A stretch of 64,000 nucleotides of DNA from Takakia lepidozioides (GCA_030704615.1 CM060733.1:65286001-65350000), one strand, 5' to 3'; counted from the first letter of the stretch, positions 44,400 through 57,285 are shown. The notes: generated by a model not told the origin, from the sequence alone. Numbers and translations are program-made.

Positions 44400-46555
44400 G
44401 TTGATGAGAAGAGAAACGAACGAACCACAGAGATAACAATTAAGCAAGTAGTACCGAGCTGTGGAAATGCCCATTCCCTTTCCGAATCAGTCGCTGCCCA
44501 CACCATCCACAAAGGAGTCGGGAAACCGACAGGCAGCCACTGCCAACAGAGAGGTATGCAACGATAATCATTCCCGACCTGGACCGTCAAGACCCTCCAT
44601 AGCTTCTCGTGTGGACGTATTCGACATTTCCGACGAGGAAGATGAGTGCATTGAGGTCCCCATGTCCTCCACACGGTCGTTCAAATCCGACATGACGTCT
44701 CTGCAGGTGCTACGCATGTACCCTCGAGCTAAACTCCAACCCGGTCCATTGTGCAGCTCCTATGGCAACATCACCTCGATGGTTCTCGCTCCGAGCTGGC
44801 TGCTCTCGACTATGCCAAATTTATAGTCAGGAAGGTAACGTATCTACCTCCCAAAGTCGATGGCAATGTCATCTTCGAGTTTCCACCTGTTACTTCGTCA
44901 AACAAAGCCTCAGGGATGTTAACAGACATGGATCGAAAGCATGACGGACACCCCTGGTGTGTGACAAAGACCAGTAGCACGAAAATTGCTGATGGTGTTC
45001 GTGTACAATACGTCCTCTGTGCGGGGAAGCTGAGGTGCCTCAATCCCGCCTGCTTCCACTTTCTCTCCAAAGGAGGGCGAGACGCACAACCCATCATCCA
45101 TTTATTGTCTCCAGCCAAGCTCCTGCGGGTACTTTCAAGTGCGCACATTGCCAAGAACCACCGACATGCATGTCCATGTGCAGAGCCAAGCAATATTACG
45201 TAATCCATTTGCTCCCAGACTTGACTAGAGCTTGCATACACGTTGGGGTCCACTGCCACCCCTTGGCGAGAGGCAACATGCGTGAGGCTGTGCAAGAAGC
45301 ACACGACATCATAAAAGAGGAGGTGAAATTGAGCCCCGGAGCCAAACCATAGCAGATTCAGCTGAAGGCAGCCCACAAGATTGCTCTTGGCAAAATCATG
45401 TCTGAAGATGGTTCAGACCGAGTGCCCTTGAATGAAGAGGAGATGCTTGACCTGTTGGAGTCCGTCTGGAGGATTGAAGAGGAACCCGGGTGCGAAGAGG
45501 ATTCCTGGAGATCCGACAGGAACATTCGGACAGCACCTCGAGGTCCCGTCATGTTGCCGCACAATGTGTCTTCCAGCAATGGAAGCCCAAGAAATTCCAG
45601 ATCGCCATCGCCTTCAAGCAGGGATTCCGTGCGAGAAATTCCCATCGCTCGCTTGCCCCAGATTCCGCCCGTTGTTCTGCAGTATGGCCAAGCCATTGTG
45701 GAGACGACTGGGTCTGCGTCACAGTGGAGAATTGCTCGCACAAAGCCGTCGTTTCGAGGCAGGTGTTCCGCAATTCAAGTGGATACACGGCAACGTTGTT
45801 TAGAGATGATAAGGAGGAATCCAGATGGGGATGTCCCTGCTCCTACTTTTACAGGAAGATTTGTCCATGCAAAGTTTGCGGATGGGACAACCACCCAGTT
45901 CTGGTTCTGCATGCACGACATTATGACTTGCGTGTATGGAAAGCCCAAGTACGGCATACAAACAATGCCAGAGGCTCCCCTGGTGTGGCCGGTGGAACCA
46001 GGCTGCGATCTGAGTCAGGTTGAGGCCGACGCCCTTACTGCCGCAGGATTTCGGATGGTGCAGCGCACTGACGTCCCCAGACAACCATTTTCGCTTCCAC
46101 AGCCTCCACCACCAACCCCTGTGAGAGCAAGAACAATGGGACGTGACAGCTCTAAGCATCCTACACATCGTTGGGGAAAACCGAAGAGGCAGCGACCTCC
46201 CTCAAAAGTGAACGAGACAAGGATGGGGAATGCACTTCGGATGAACTGTACAATCCAGAGCTCGACAGAAGTGCCCCCACCAGGCTTTGGGCGTATGTAT
46301 CAGATGGCCACGGCAGGCTCAGTTGTTTGCAATGAGATGTACACCATCACCATTTCAGAATTACCCACCTGCAATTGCACCGACTTCCAGATCATGGCGA
46401 ACAAGGGGGTATCATACTGCCCTTGCAAGCATCTGTACTACGTGTACCTAAAGAGACTCCGGTGTAACTCCACAACTCATCATTTTATACATGCACCAGG
46501 GTTGAGCCCCCAAGAGGTGCACACTCTTCTAAATATGGATCCAGGGGACCAGTGA
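44400..46555 (+). mobile_element. Degenerate MULE-like transposase gene, copy B (GCM-like domain plus SWIM; catalytic middle absent)
   Basis: DGHPWCVTKTSS...LCAGKLRCLNPAC...CAHC...C...RACIHVGVHCHP. C-terminal CNCTDF...PCKHLYYV. Homologous to copy A. Confidence 0.75.
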
Positions 46556-47407
46556 GCTTGGCTTGCGGTCCCAACACAATGGTACGCCCATCCTTTTTGG
46601 ATAGTAGAACTGTACTGCTGCAAGTAGCTCTGACTCTGGCCACAGAAAGGTCCAACTTATGTCTTGCCTACCAGTAACCTGTTTTGCTCGAACTAAGATA
46701 ATACTATGTCATTCACTTGTGTTTCCACGTGCATGTATTTTTGTGTGTTGGAGGGTTCTTGTTTTTCTGCTCTCCCAAACTTTGCTTTCCTCATTCGACC
46801 CCCGGCAAGGAAATGCGGCGCCGCATTTCCAAGTAACGTCGTAGGTACTGGTAGATACGGCCTTCGCCAACACCAAACCGCCCAGAAATTTCGCACGTGT
46901 GAACCCTAATGCGGCACCGCATTTCCCAGTTGACTCGCAAACCTTTCCCGCCGAATACCCGAAGATGAGAGAATTGTGAAGTACTTCAGACTCTATTGGT
47001 GCAGACTCTATTGGTTCAATCGCGGCAAAAGGGTCACCTTCATTCCAATGTTAAGGCATGTAAAACCGCGGAATACTCTATACAGGCCAGTATGCGACGT
47101 CCTTTTGCCATGGTATACTGGATTTCTCGTTGCACGGTCACTCATTTCCATGAGTGGATCTAAAAAACCATGAGCGGACTTGTTACTGATGACATATCTT
47201 CGCCGCATTACAGGATGTGGAACTTCCAAAAACGGCAAGGTCAAATAAAAAAAACTATTATTTTAATACTTGTTTAATCTGCCGCATTTCCAAAATTTGG
47301 AGGAGTCCGCTCATGAAATCCGCGTGTCTTAGACTTCGGCTCACCGCTCATGCGGCTCATGCGGCTCATGGCTCATGGCTCATGGTTTCTGCTCATGAAA
47401 TAGTAAA

Positions 47408-48038
47408 CCTCCGCGCACCTAACTCCCAAACTGGCCGCCGGGCCAACTCGGAGCTTCGGCTGCTCGCCGGGGCATAACGGTCCCCCTCACACCCCCACTC
47501 GACCCTCGACCTATTGGGCAGTGGAAATTCCTTTTGGTAGATGGCAGTCTGGATGTGCGATGTGAAGAAGTTTGTCCATCCTGCAAAGGTGGGCTCTTGG
47601 CTCCGTTCGTACCATGAATAGGGGACAACTCCCTACACCTTGGTCGCTTTCCGGCTCGCACGCTTACTCACTAGTTTTTGGTCACCAACGGGCTTGCACC
47701 GTTCTCGGGGTTACTACTCCCTATATATACTTCTATGACTGTCCGCGGGGGTTTCACAAACAACACAGTCCTTTTATGGCGAACCACCACGAAGACCCTT
47801 GATTCCTAGTGATGAGTCGCGGTGAGTCTTGGCCCACCCACCACGGCCCCAATGGACCATGATGAGTCCCAAGACTCCCCACGACTCCCACCACAAGATC
47901 TCAGCCCCATGGTGAGTCCTATGCCACCCCCACTAAGACCCACTAAGCTACCACCACCCCTCGTGGAACCACGCCCACCGCAACCCGATGTGCGGGGCTC
48001 CACCTAGTGAGCGCCTCCGCCTCCTTGAGTGCCTTGGG
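47408..48038 (-). mobile_element. Partial family B LTR with a ~65 bp foreign patch
   Basis: Aligns to 39305-39858 apart from 47550-47616. Confidence 0.85.
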
Positions 48039-49625
48039 CCTTGCCTACACTCATGAACTTTCCCTCGTCTCATGCTTTTCGAGACAATGGCCCAGGGTTG
48101 ATTTGGGACAGTGCACTACATCAATTGGTGGAACCCAATGCGGATGAGAGAGAGCGGACAATGGGATTTGCGACGGGGACTACAGCTGTGCCAGCTCTGT
48201 TAGAGGCATCATGCCGACAAGTGTTGGATCAAGCAATGGATCTAAATTGCTTGACATGGGTTATTGGCTTGTGCATGACTGAACAATGGATATTGCAAGT
48301 ATTGGTGGTTACTTCTGCACTTCCATTGGATATTGCACCATCTCTACCAACCGGGATGGTGGAGGTAGTGAGTGGGGGCGAGCACATGATCATGGGGTGC
48401 AAACACCCATGGCAGATGTGGGATGAGATGTGCAAAGAGAGAGTCATTGGATCTCTCAAGCAGCAGTATGAGGAGTGGGGAGAGCCATACACTGAGGATC
48501 AGTTGGAGGCCAAGGTGGCTAAGGTTTTTGAAGAGGTTGAGAATGTTTCTTGCACGGAGGATGTTATCAAGGTGGCTATGGCGGAGCAAGTGGAGGCTAC
48601 GCCATAGTCAGGGTGGGCGGACAAGGCCCAAGAGGTTGCTATTTAGCAATCAAAGGATGCGTCTCCTACCTCCAAGCCTAGTGTACCCAAGATTGCAGTC
48701 ACTGAGGACAATTGGGAACCAGATGTTGGACCTGTAGTCACCGGAGGAGAGAGACGGAGGATCCAACAATTTCTAAGGGCTTATAGAAATTGCTTTGCCT
48801 TCGGTTTGAAGGATTTGGGGAGTTTGAAGGGCCAGGAGATTCGTATTCAATTTTTCGAAGGCCCTACAAATATAGTGACATGGAGAGGTCTTTGATCCAG
48901 TCACGGACTATAGAGTTGTTCGAAGCTGGATTGGTGGAGTTGTCAGGCGGGGAGTATGCCTCGGCAACGGTGATGCCAACTAAGAAGGATATCTATGGTA
49001 ATTGGACAGAAAGAAGGATGTGTGGGGACTATTGTCCTATGAACCGTCCGAACTAAGTCCGATAGATATGCCATGCCTACTCCAGAGGAATCTTTGATGC
49101 CATTGGGCATGCAAAGGTGTTTAACACATTGGACTTGCGATCCAGTTACCACCAGTTGCCAATCAAAGAGGCTAACGAGCAAAAAACGGCATTCTGGGAG
49201 ATTAACCAGCATGGGAAGGATTGCTTGTACCAATGGCGGTTCCTACCATTTGGGTTGAGGAATGCTCCTGCAGAGTTTCAGAGGGTCATGGATAGGATTC
49301 TTACGGGGCTAGACTTTGCCCGGTGCTACATTGATGACATCATCATCTTTAGTGCTATGATTGAGGAGCACAAGAGACACCTTCAGATGGTGTTTGAGCG
49401 CTTGAGAGCGCATGGGTTGAAATTGCACCTTGGGAAGTGCAAGTTCTTCCATAGCCAGATTGAGTATCTGGGCCACATGATATACCCTGGAGGATTGGGT
49501 GTTCAAAAGACGAAGGTAGAGGCTATTGCACGCATTCCACGCCCCATAGATGTTAGCAGAGTTCGTGCTTTCATGGGGTTGGCAAACTACTATCGACGGT
49601 TTGTCAAAAGATTTAGCAGCATTAG
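48039..49625 (+). mobile_element. Fragment of the DNMT-bearing Ty3/gypsy family (DNMT C-terminus, linker, RT)
   Basis: ALPTLMNFPSSHAFRD...EPNADERERTMGF...QAMDLNCL matches 60167-60440. Followed by RMCGDY, LPFGLRNAPAEFQR and CYIDDII. Confidence 0.88.
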
Positions 49626-49689
49626 ATCCACTTTGCCATTAGATCCTTGAGCTGGGCTCATTTTGGAGATGACTTTTTTTGGCTGGGCC

Positions 49690-50105
49690 TTCAGCTCGAC
49701 CAACTCTCTATGACTCAACCGGTAGGGCGCCTTGGCAGGCGGCTCCGATCCCGACATTACCTCTATCTTGTGGTCAACTCCTCTTCACGGTGGCAAGCCG
49801 CTTGGTAAATCCTTCGGCATCACATCCTGGTATTTCTTAAGGATCCCCTTTATCCAATCTGGGCTCGGCTCCCTATCGACTTCTCCTTCCACTTGTCTCA
49901 TGTAAACCAAAAACTGGGGCTCATGTGGCTTCTCCACGGCCCACTCCTTTGCTGTCAGCAGGTTTATTCGCCCTCCCACTCGGTTGGGCGTTTCCGACAC
50001 AGGTAAAACTTCGCCATCATTCCCACATGGTGCGTGAGCTACTTCTCTTGCGGCCATCTATGACCGCTCCGAATTTGCTCAAAAAAATCATCCCCAAAAT
50101 GAGCC
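49690..50105 (-). mobile_element. Family B internal fragment (protease-RT linker)
   Basis: EWAVEKPHEPQFL...DWIKGILKKYQDVMPKDLPSGLPP matches 41680-42090. Confidence 0.85.
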
Positions 50106-50129
50106 CAGTTCAAGGACTCACCGCGACCA

Positions 50130-50614
50130 CACACCGGGTTGCGGTGGAGGTGGTTCCACGAGGGGTGGTGGTAGCTTAGTGGGACTTAGTGGGGGTGGCA
50201 TAGGACTCAGCATGGGGCGGAGACCTTGTGGTGGGAGTCGTGGGGAGTCTTGGGACTCATCACGGTCCAATGGGGCCGTGATGGGTGGGCCAAGACTCAC
50301 CGTGACTCATCACCGGGAATCAAGGGTCTTCGTGGTGGTTCGCCATAAAAGGACGGTGTTGTTTGTGAAGCCCCCGCGGACAGTCACAGAAGTATATATA
50401 GGGAGTAGTAACCCCAAGAACGGTGCAAGCCCGTTGGTGACCAAAAACTAGTGAGTAAGCGTGCGAGCCGGAAAGCGACCAAGGTGTGGGGAGCTGTTCC
50501 GGACTGCCAACAACCAAAGGGAATTTCCACTAGGCCCAAAGTGAGCGAGGGTCTTGTGGAGGAGCAAAGGGGGACCGTTATGAAGGGGAGCTTACCGAAG
50601 TGAGGTGCGCGACA
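50130..50614 (+). mobile_element. Partial family B LTR (3' part)
   Basis: Matches 52270-52838. Ends GAGGTGCGCGACA. Confidence 0.85.
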
Positions 50615-51059
50615 GTGGATCTGTGGTGGTTTGGAATGACTTTGACAAGTAACTGCCGATGTGGCAGCAAGAAAGTATCTAAAAACAGATAACAGAGATG
50701 AGGAGAAGCAGTACAGTACAGGCAGGGATAGCTGAAGGACTAGGGATAGAGGTGCAGATTCATCCAAGAGGGCCGGATTTCAAACACAAGATTACTTCTG
50801 ATTCCATGTGGATCAATAGCTACAAGAAATCTGCGTGGATAGATGGTCAACTGGAAACAACAGCGGCAACAGCACAATTGATAGAACAAGGCACTGCTAA
50901 TGAAGGCATCTTCTTCAACACATTTCACCCCGTTTTTTCCTCTTGTCATAATCGGCCCTAAATTTCCATTGAATTCTGCAAGTTAGCTGGTTGAGTGAAT
51001 CTAGTTTGGAGTGACTTTGACATGATACTGCCAATGTGATAACAAGAAAGTATCCAAAA

Positions 51060-54000
51060 ACATGTAACAAAGATGAGGAGAAGGTGTGGAATGAATACTT
51101 TTCTGACCCCAGTCAATGGTGGGACAACCGAGGCAAAAAGTTGAATGCCTGTTAGATGACAGAGCGTAACAGACGCAATTCAGCATGGGAACTAGTGTGA
51201 TTGGGTGTTTCCTAGAACAAATCTAGGCTGTCATTGTCAGCTGCTAGCAGCAAGGGCAAAGATGAATGCATGATTTGTGTAGAGGCATGGATAGCTGAAG
51301 GAGAAGGGATAGAGTGCGGGTCCAGGTTCATCCAAGAGGGCGTGATTTCAAGCACAAGATTATGTATGATTCCCTGTGGATCAATAGCTACAAGAAACCT
51401 GCATGCGTAGATGTCAACTAAAGGCAGCAGCTGCAGAGTTGATGACCATAGCTTCTGGATGAGGATCAAGAGAGGGAGTCCACAATGCCTCTTCTGGCAC
51501 TTCTAGGCATGTGAAGATGTTTTGTGAGGTAGGCAGACTAAATGAGGCTCTACAGACTTTAAACCAATGAGACATTTCAGCAGATTCAGATACGTATGTC
51601 TGTCTCTTGCATTAGTGCATCAAGATGAAAGGCCTTGAAGCTGGTAAGCAGGTGCACACTCTACATTATCCAAAGTGGATTCATGCCAAATATTTTTCGA
51701 CTCAACACCCTTGTCAAGATGTATGTTAAGTGCGGGAGCATCATGGATGCTCACCAAGTGTTCAACAGAATGCCTCAACCATCTTTGATCACGTGGAATA
51801 TAACGTTGGCAGGATTTACCAAGCATGCGTGTGGTATGAATGCTTTGGAAACCTATAAGCAAATGATGCGGGAAGGGGTGAAGCCCAACCACATCACGTT
51901 CGTTTGTGTTTGCAACACGTGTGCAAGCCTGGGAGCCCTGGAAAAGGGGAAAGAGGTCCATGATGACATCGTCAAAGCTGGAATTGTACCAGATGTCATT
52001 CTGAACGAGATGTGGTGTCGTGGAGCGTGATGCTTGCAGCACAGCAGGGACGTGGGGTGGAGGCTTTGGAGACCTATGAACAAATGATGGGGGAAGAGGT
52101 GAAGCCCAACCACATGTCGCAGCCTTTTGCCTTGAGGGCAGGGGGGTCGGGACACAAGAGGGGCTGCCCATGTGGTGGGGGCAGTGGCAGCAATAGGTAT
52201 GGGGGGCTGAAGCACCCTTGAGTGCCCAAGGCACTCAAGGAGGCGGAGGCGCTCACTAGGTGGAGCCCCGCACACCGGGTTGCGATGGGGGTGGCTCCAC
52301 AAGGGGTGGTGGTAGCTTAGCGGGACTTAGTGGGGGTGGCATAGGACTCACCCTGGGGCGGAGACCTCGTGGTGGGAGTCGTGGGGAGTCTTGGGACTCA
52401 TCACGGTCCATAGGGGCCGTGGTGGGTGGGCCAAGACTCACCGCGACTCATCACCGGGAGTCGAGGGTGTTCGTGGTGGTTCGCCATAAAATGGCATGGT
52501 TGTTTGTGAAACCCCCGCGGACAGCTACAGAAGTATATATAGGGAGTAGTAACCCCGAGAACGGTGCAAGCCCGTTGGTGACCAAAAACTAGTGAGTAAG
52601 CGAGCGAGCCGGAAAGCGACCAAAGAGGGGAGCTGTTCCGGACTGCCAACTACCAAAGGGAATTCCGCTGGTTCCAAATCGTTGGAGGGTTCTTTTGGAG
52701 ATCAAAGGGGGACCGTTATGCCCCGGTGAGCAGCCGGAGCTCCAAGTTGGCCCGGCGGCCAGGTTGGGAGTTAGGCGCGCGCATCAAGTGAGTAACTATG
52801 ACTTGAGGGGGGAGCTTACCGAAGTGAGGTGCGCGACACCACATCACGTTTGTGTGCGTTTGCAATGCGTGTGCAAGCCTGGGAGCTCTGGAAAAGGGCA
52901 AAGAGGCCCATGGCGACATCGTCAGAGCTGGAATTGTACCCGATGTCATTCTGAACAATGCCCTTGTGGACATGTATGCCAAATGTGGGAGCACCGGGAT
53001 GCGAAGGCAGTGTTCAACAATATGGCTGAATGAAATGTGGTGTCATGGAACGCGATGCTTGTAGGGCATGCACAGCAGGGGCGCGGGATGGAGGCTTCGG
53101 AGACCTGTGAGCAGATGATGGGGGAAGGGGTGAAGCCCGAGCACATCACATCTGTGCATTTGCAAGCCTGGTAGCCCTGGAAAAGGGCAAAGAGGTGCAT
53201 GGTTGTATCGCAAAAGCTGCCAGATGTGATTCTGAATGATATCCTCGTGGGCATGTATGCAAAATGTGGGTGCATTGAGGATGCGGAGGGAGTGTTTGAC
53301 AGTATGGCTGAACGAGATTTGGTAGATATTGTGGAGTGCGATGATTGCAGGGTATGCACAGCAAGGGCGCGGGATGGAGGCTTTGGAGACCTATGAGCAA
53401 ATGATGGGGGAAGGGGTAAAGCCTGACCACATCACATTTGTTTCCATTTGCAATGCGTGTGCAAGCAGCCCTGGAAAAGGGCAAAGAGGTCCATGGTGAC
53501 ATTGTCAAAGCTGAAATTGTACACTGCCCTAGTGGACATGTATGCCAAATGTGGGTGCATTGAGATGCGAAGAGAGAGTTCCACAATATGGCTGAACGAA
53601 ATGTGGTGTCGTGGAACGCGATGATCACAGGATATGCCCAACATAGGGAGGTCCTGCAACTATTGAAGGAATGTAAAATAATGGCTTGAAGCCGGACAGT
53701 CTCACCTTTATATGTGTTCTCTCTGCATGCAGCCACTCTGGCCTAGAATGAAGGAAATCAAGATCATGGTGTCATTCAGACAGTAAAGCACTTTGGCAGT
53801 ATGGTGGAGCTTCTTGGACGTGCGGGACAACTGGATGAGGCAGTGGATCTAATTAGTAAGATGCCAATCAATCCAGATGTTGTGGTGTGGAAGGCCTTGC
53901 TTGGTGCCTGCAGAATCCATGGCAATGTGGAGATGGCTGAACGTGCGGCAACATCTATCCTCAAATGGGATGAACAGGATGCCGCGACTTATGTGTTGTT

Positions 54001-54489
54001 ATCAAACATCTATGTTGCAGCTGGCAGGTAGGATGATACTACAAAAGTGAGAAGAATGATGAAGGTCAGAAGGGTTAGAAAGGAGCCAGGTCGCTGCTGC
54101 ATTAAGGTTGGCAGGGTGCACACCTTCGTTGTAGATGACAAGTTGCATCCCAGAATTAAGGAAATCCATGCTGAGCTGAGAAGATTGTCTGGGCAGATGA
54201 AAGGAGGCGGGTATTGCCTGACACACGCTTTGAATTGCATGATGTGGGGGAGGAGGAAAAAGAATTTTCTGTTTGCCACCACAGTGAGAAGCTGGCCATT
54301 GGTTTTGGGCTGATCAGCATGACCCCTAGGACGGCTCTCCGTCTCATCAGAAATCTTCGAGTGTGTGGTGACTGCCACACCTCCACCAAATTCATCTCAA
54401 AGATTGTTGGCCGAGCAATTGTTGTATGGGACGCTAACCACTTTCACCACTTTCAAGATGAAATTTGTTCTTGTGGTGATTACTGGTGA
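51060..54489 (+). pseudogene. PLS-class PPR-E-DYW RNA-editing factor pseudogene with an N-terminal OSB-type PDF motif
   Basis: PPR repeats (NTLVKMYVKCGSIMDAHQVFNRM, ALVDMYAKCG). E domain (VVWKALLGACRIHGNVE). DYW domain [12 protein letters not shown]...NLRVCGDCH...CSCGDYW*. Many stops and frameshifts and a solo LTR. Upstream VWNEYFSDPSQWWDNRGKK / VHPRGRDFKHK...LW. Confidence 0.9.
52115..52838 (+). mobile_element. Solo LTR of family B inserted in the PPR pseudogene
   Basis: TGTCGC...CGCGACA termini. Perfect 5-bp TSD CCACA at 52110-52114 and 52839-52843. Confidence 0.95.
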
Positions 54490-55930
54490 AAGGATGTTTT
54501 CTTGGCAAGATGCAAGTGGCTTGCTTCATTCATTGATCCGTGTAGCTACTCAGACCATCCACCATTTCCTGAGAGTCTTGACCATCATGTATTGCCAAAG
54601 AGGGCTGGAGGATCAGATGAGGGTTTGAGAGATTCAACAAAAATCATTAACGGAGGGTGGCTGAACACTGGGGATCTTCTACTGCTCACAGTCCCGAATG
54701 TGCATGGATTAACGAAGGGAAAGTCCAAAACACTAGATGGGATGCCTTCCCAAGTCCTCACCCATGCATTTTGTTCCTGTCAACAATGGCTGGGATGCTA
54801 TCCCTTGCAATACTACAGTTAATGATGAACACAATCTGTCAGGTGGGTGGTCACCCTCCAACACTGCGATGGACCCCAATTGGGTTCCTTCTGGGACGTA
54901 AACAGACAAGAATTGTGGCTGGCCAGTCATGGAAGCAAATGACAATGTCAATGCCATGCCATCACAAGGCCTCACTAGTATGGACCGGCTAAGAGTTTTT
55001 AATATGACTATGAGTGTTATTAGCATAAAACATTTTGTGGAGTAAAATAAAATAAGTGAAAGAAAATAAATGGATTATATTGGTAAAATATAAAAGTACA
55101 TATCCAATTAACCCTTCTCTGTTTACTAGGTTCAGATGGATTCCACTAACTTTTGCATATGACAATAATTTTCACTCTTTCTTCCTCACTATAATGAAAG
55201 GGGCCTGATTTGTGAGAAGTAGCTTCCCGTTTTTTTTTTTGTTTTTTTTTTCTTCTTATTGAAAGTCTTAGGTGTCTACCTATCGTAATGCAGCTTAGTC
55301 TTAGTGGCAATCTTTATGTGCTTCCAATTGATATCAGACTTGTCAAACTTTGGGGATGCCGAAGAGGAGGGACCAGCAGGATTTCGACTCTCTTTGCTTT
55401 GAAAAATAAAAATGATATGATAGCTTCGGCAACACTCCGTCGTTTTTCTTCCGGATCGAAAACAATAAAATATGGGATGTATGTATATAACACCATGGGG
55501 ATGATCCACCCCTTTTTGTGAAAATTTGAGAGCGTGGGAATTCGTCGCTAATAGTGTGGAGCAACGCGAAGCCCTAGTTTTTGATTATATCCTTCAAGAT
55601 TTTCAGATCCCTGGAGCTCTATAAGGATAGCTGACTTGGCCTCAATGAATATCCCAGGACTTTTTGGTTATGATTGAATTATACCTTGGAGGTGGGGGGT
55701 TCAAATCTTGTTGCCAGCAATCTCTTATAGTTAGTTTTCTTGTTACAGGTTGTTGCGTCAGATCCATATAAGTAGTTAGATACGTACATTTGCATCAACT
55801 AAAATCATCATGGACTTAATGGTTAAGACACTAGACCATATCTCGGAGGTGGGGTGTTCAAATCCTTCCGCAGGCACTTACCTCTTGTGGTTAATTTTAC
55901 TTTTCTAAGAGTGTCAGTTGATTGGATACA

Positions 55931-56031
55931 TATAGAATTGCTTAACTCACTATTCTTTACTTACATAAATTAATTGGGATTATAGAATTGCTTAATCGAC
56001 TATTCTTTACTTACATAAATTAATTGGGATT
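55931..56031. repeat. 50 bp tandem duplication
   Basis: TATAGAATTGCTTAA....CTATTCTTTACTTACATAAATTAATTGGGAT occurs twice. Confidence 0.9.
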
Positions 56032-57039
56032 GGTATAAACTAAGTAAATAAATATATCTATATTCTAAACTTGAATATATATATAAACAGAAATATTCAC
56101 AAAGAAAATAAACATTAAGATTGGTTAGCAGAAATTAAATTATGTTGTTTGCCTAATAAATACTAATTGCTTTTGAATGTATTTCACGGGCAAAACGGGC
56201 AGGGTCCAAAAAATTTGACGATGAAACGTGGCGACGATGACGTGGCACTATGGCACCCCATTCCTGCTCTATGCTAAACAAGCTTCCGACCTTCGGTCAT
56301 CGCTAGAATTCACTATAAAGTGCGGAGACTAAGTCCCTCACGTTCTATTCAATATAAATCGTGATGTTAACTAATTAATACGATACATGAGCGTAGATTG
56401 TGAAAGGTGCGATGGTGTCTATTCAGCCCGAAAGGTCAATTCCTGACTCACGATTCTGGTTTTTTTTTTTTTTTCAATCCTTGCTTACCACGACGCTTCA
56501 CTGTCTGCCATTGCGGTCTAGATGCTTGCGCTCACACATTAAGAGTTGAAAATCCCGTCAAAACCAGCCTGTCAGTACTCTCAATGCCGTCAATTTTTAG
56601 GATCTATTTTTGCGTTTTCAATACTCTGGTATCAGTCCGAACCATGTTCATAATTTACAGGGTTTACACTATACAATGTCTACGCAAGACACGTTTCAAA
56701 TCGTGTATAAATGTACTATTTTCCACTCCTCTCATCGCTTCATAATACAAGTTCATACAACAAATGATTACACTCACCCGTTGGCTTATAAGTAACTGAT
56801 CCCGTTGTCAATGCCCTCACTTTCAAAATTCATAACTCATCACCACCTTCTTGGTTTCTCGGGTTCTAAATGAGGTTCTAGAGTATTAGTTTAATTCTCT
56901 AAGACCATGAATTGATTTTCTTCGACATCCTTAGCAGGTCCTCCATAAAGCAAATTGTGTTTGCAAATAAAAATAAAAATAAACAAGAACTCACAATCTG
57001 TCAGAGTGTTTTAATCCTATGACAGTATTAAATTGTCAT

Positions 57040-57285
57040 TTACCACCCCTCGTCTGCCCCGTCCACCATGGCTTGCCTTACATCTCTGGTGTTATTGGGG
57101 GTCAGGATCTCCAACTCCCACTGTCCACACCATCCAATAATCTCACAAGCACTCCATTGTGAGTCAACACAAAAGCAACAAAAACAAGCCAAATCCCTCC
57201 TCATCAGTTTGTTAGTATCGCCACTAGGGACTGATCTCACCGAATGCACTTTTTGGGTTCCCTTGGCCGTGGGCCTCCTTCTCAT
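57040..57285 (-). mobile_element. Probable DNA transposase C-terminal fragment (family uncertain, Sola2-like motif)
   Basis: KGTQKVHSVRS...LMRRDLACFCCFC resembles the GT..H...L..R..SC.C..C tail of such transposases. GGATGAA-rich repeats nearby at 58050-58600. Confidence 0.4.
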
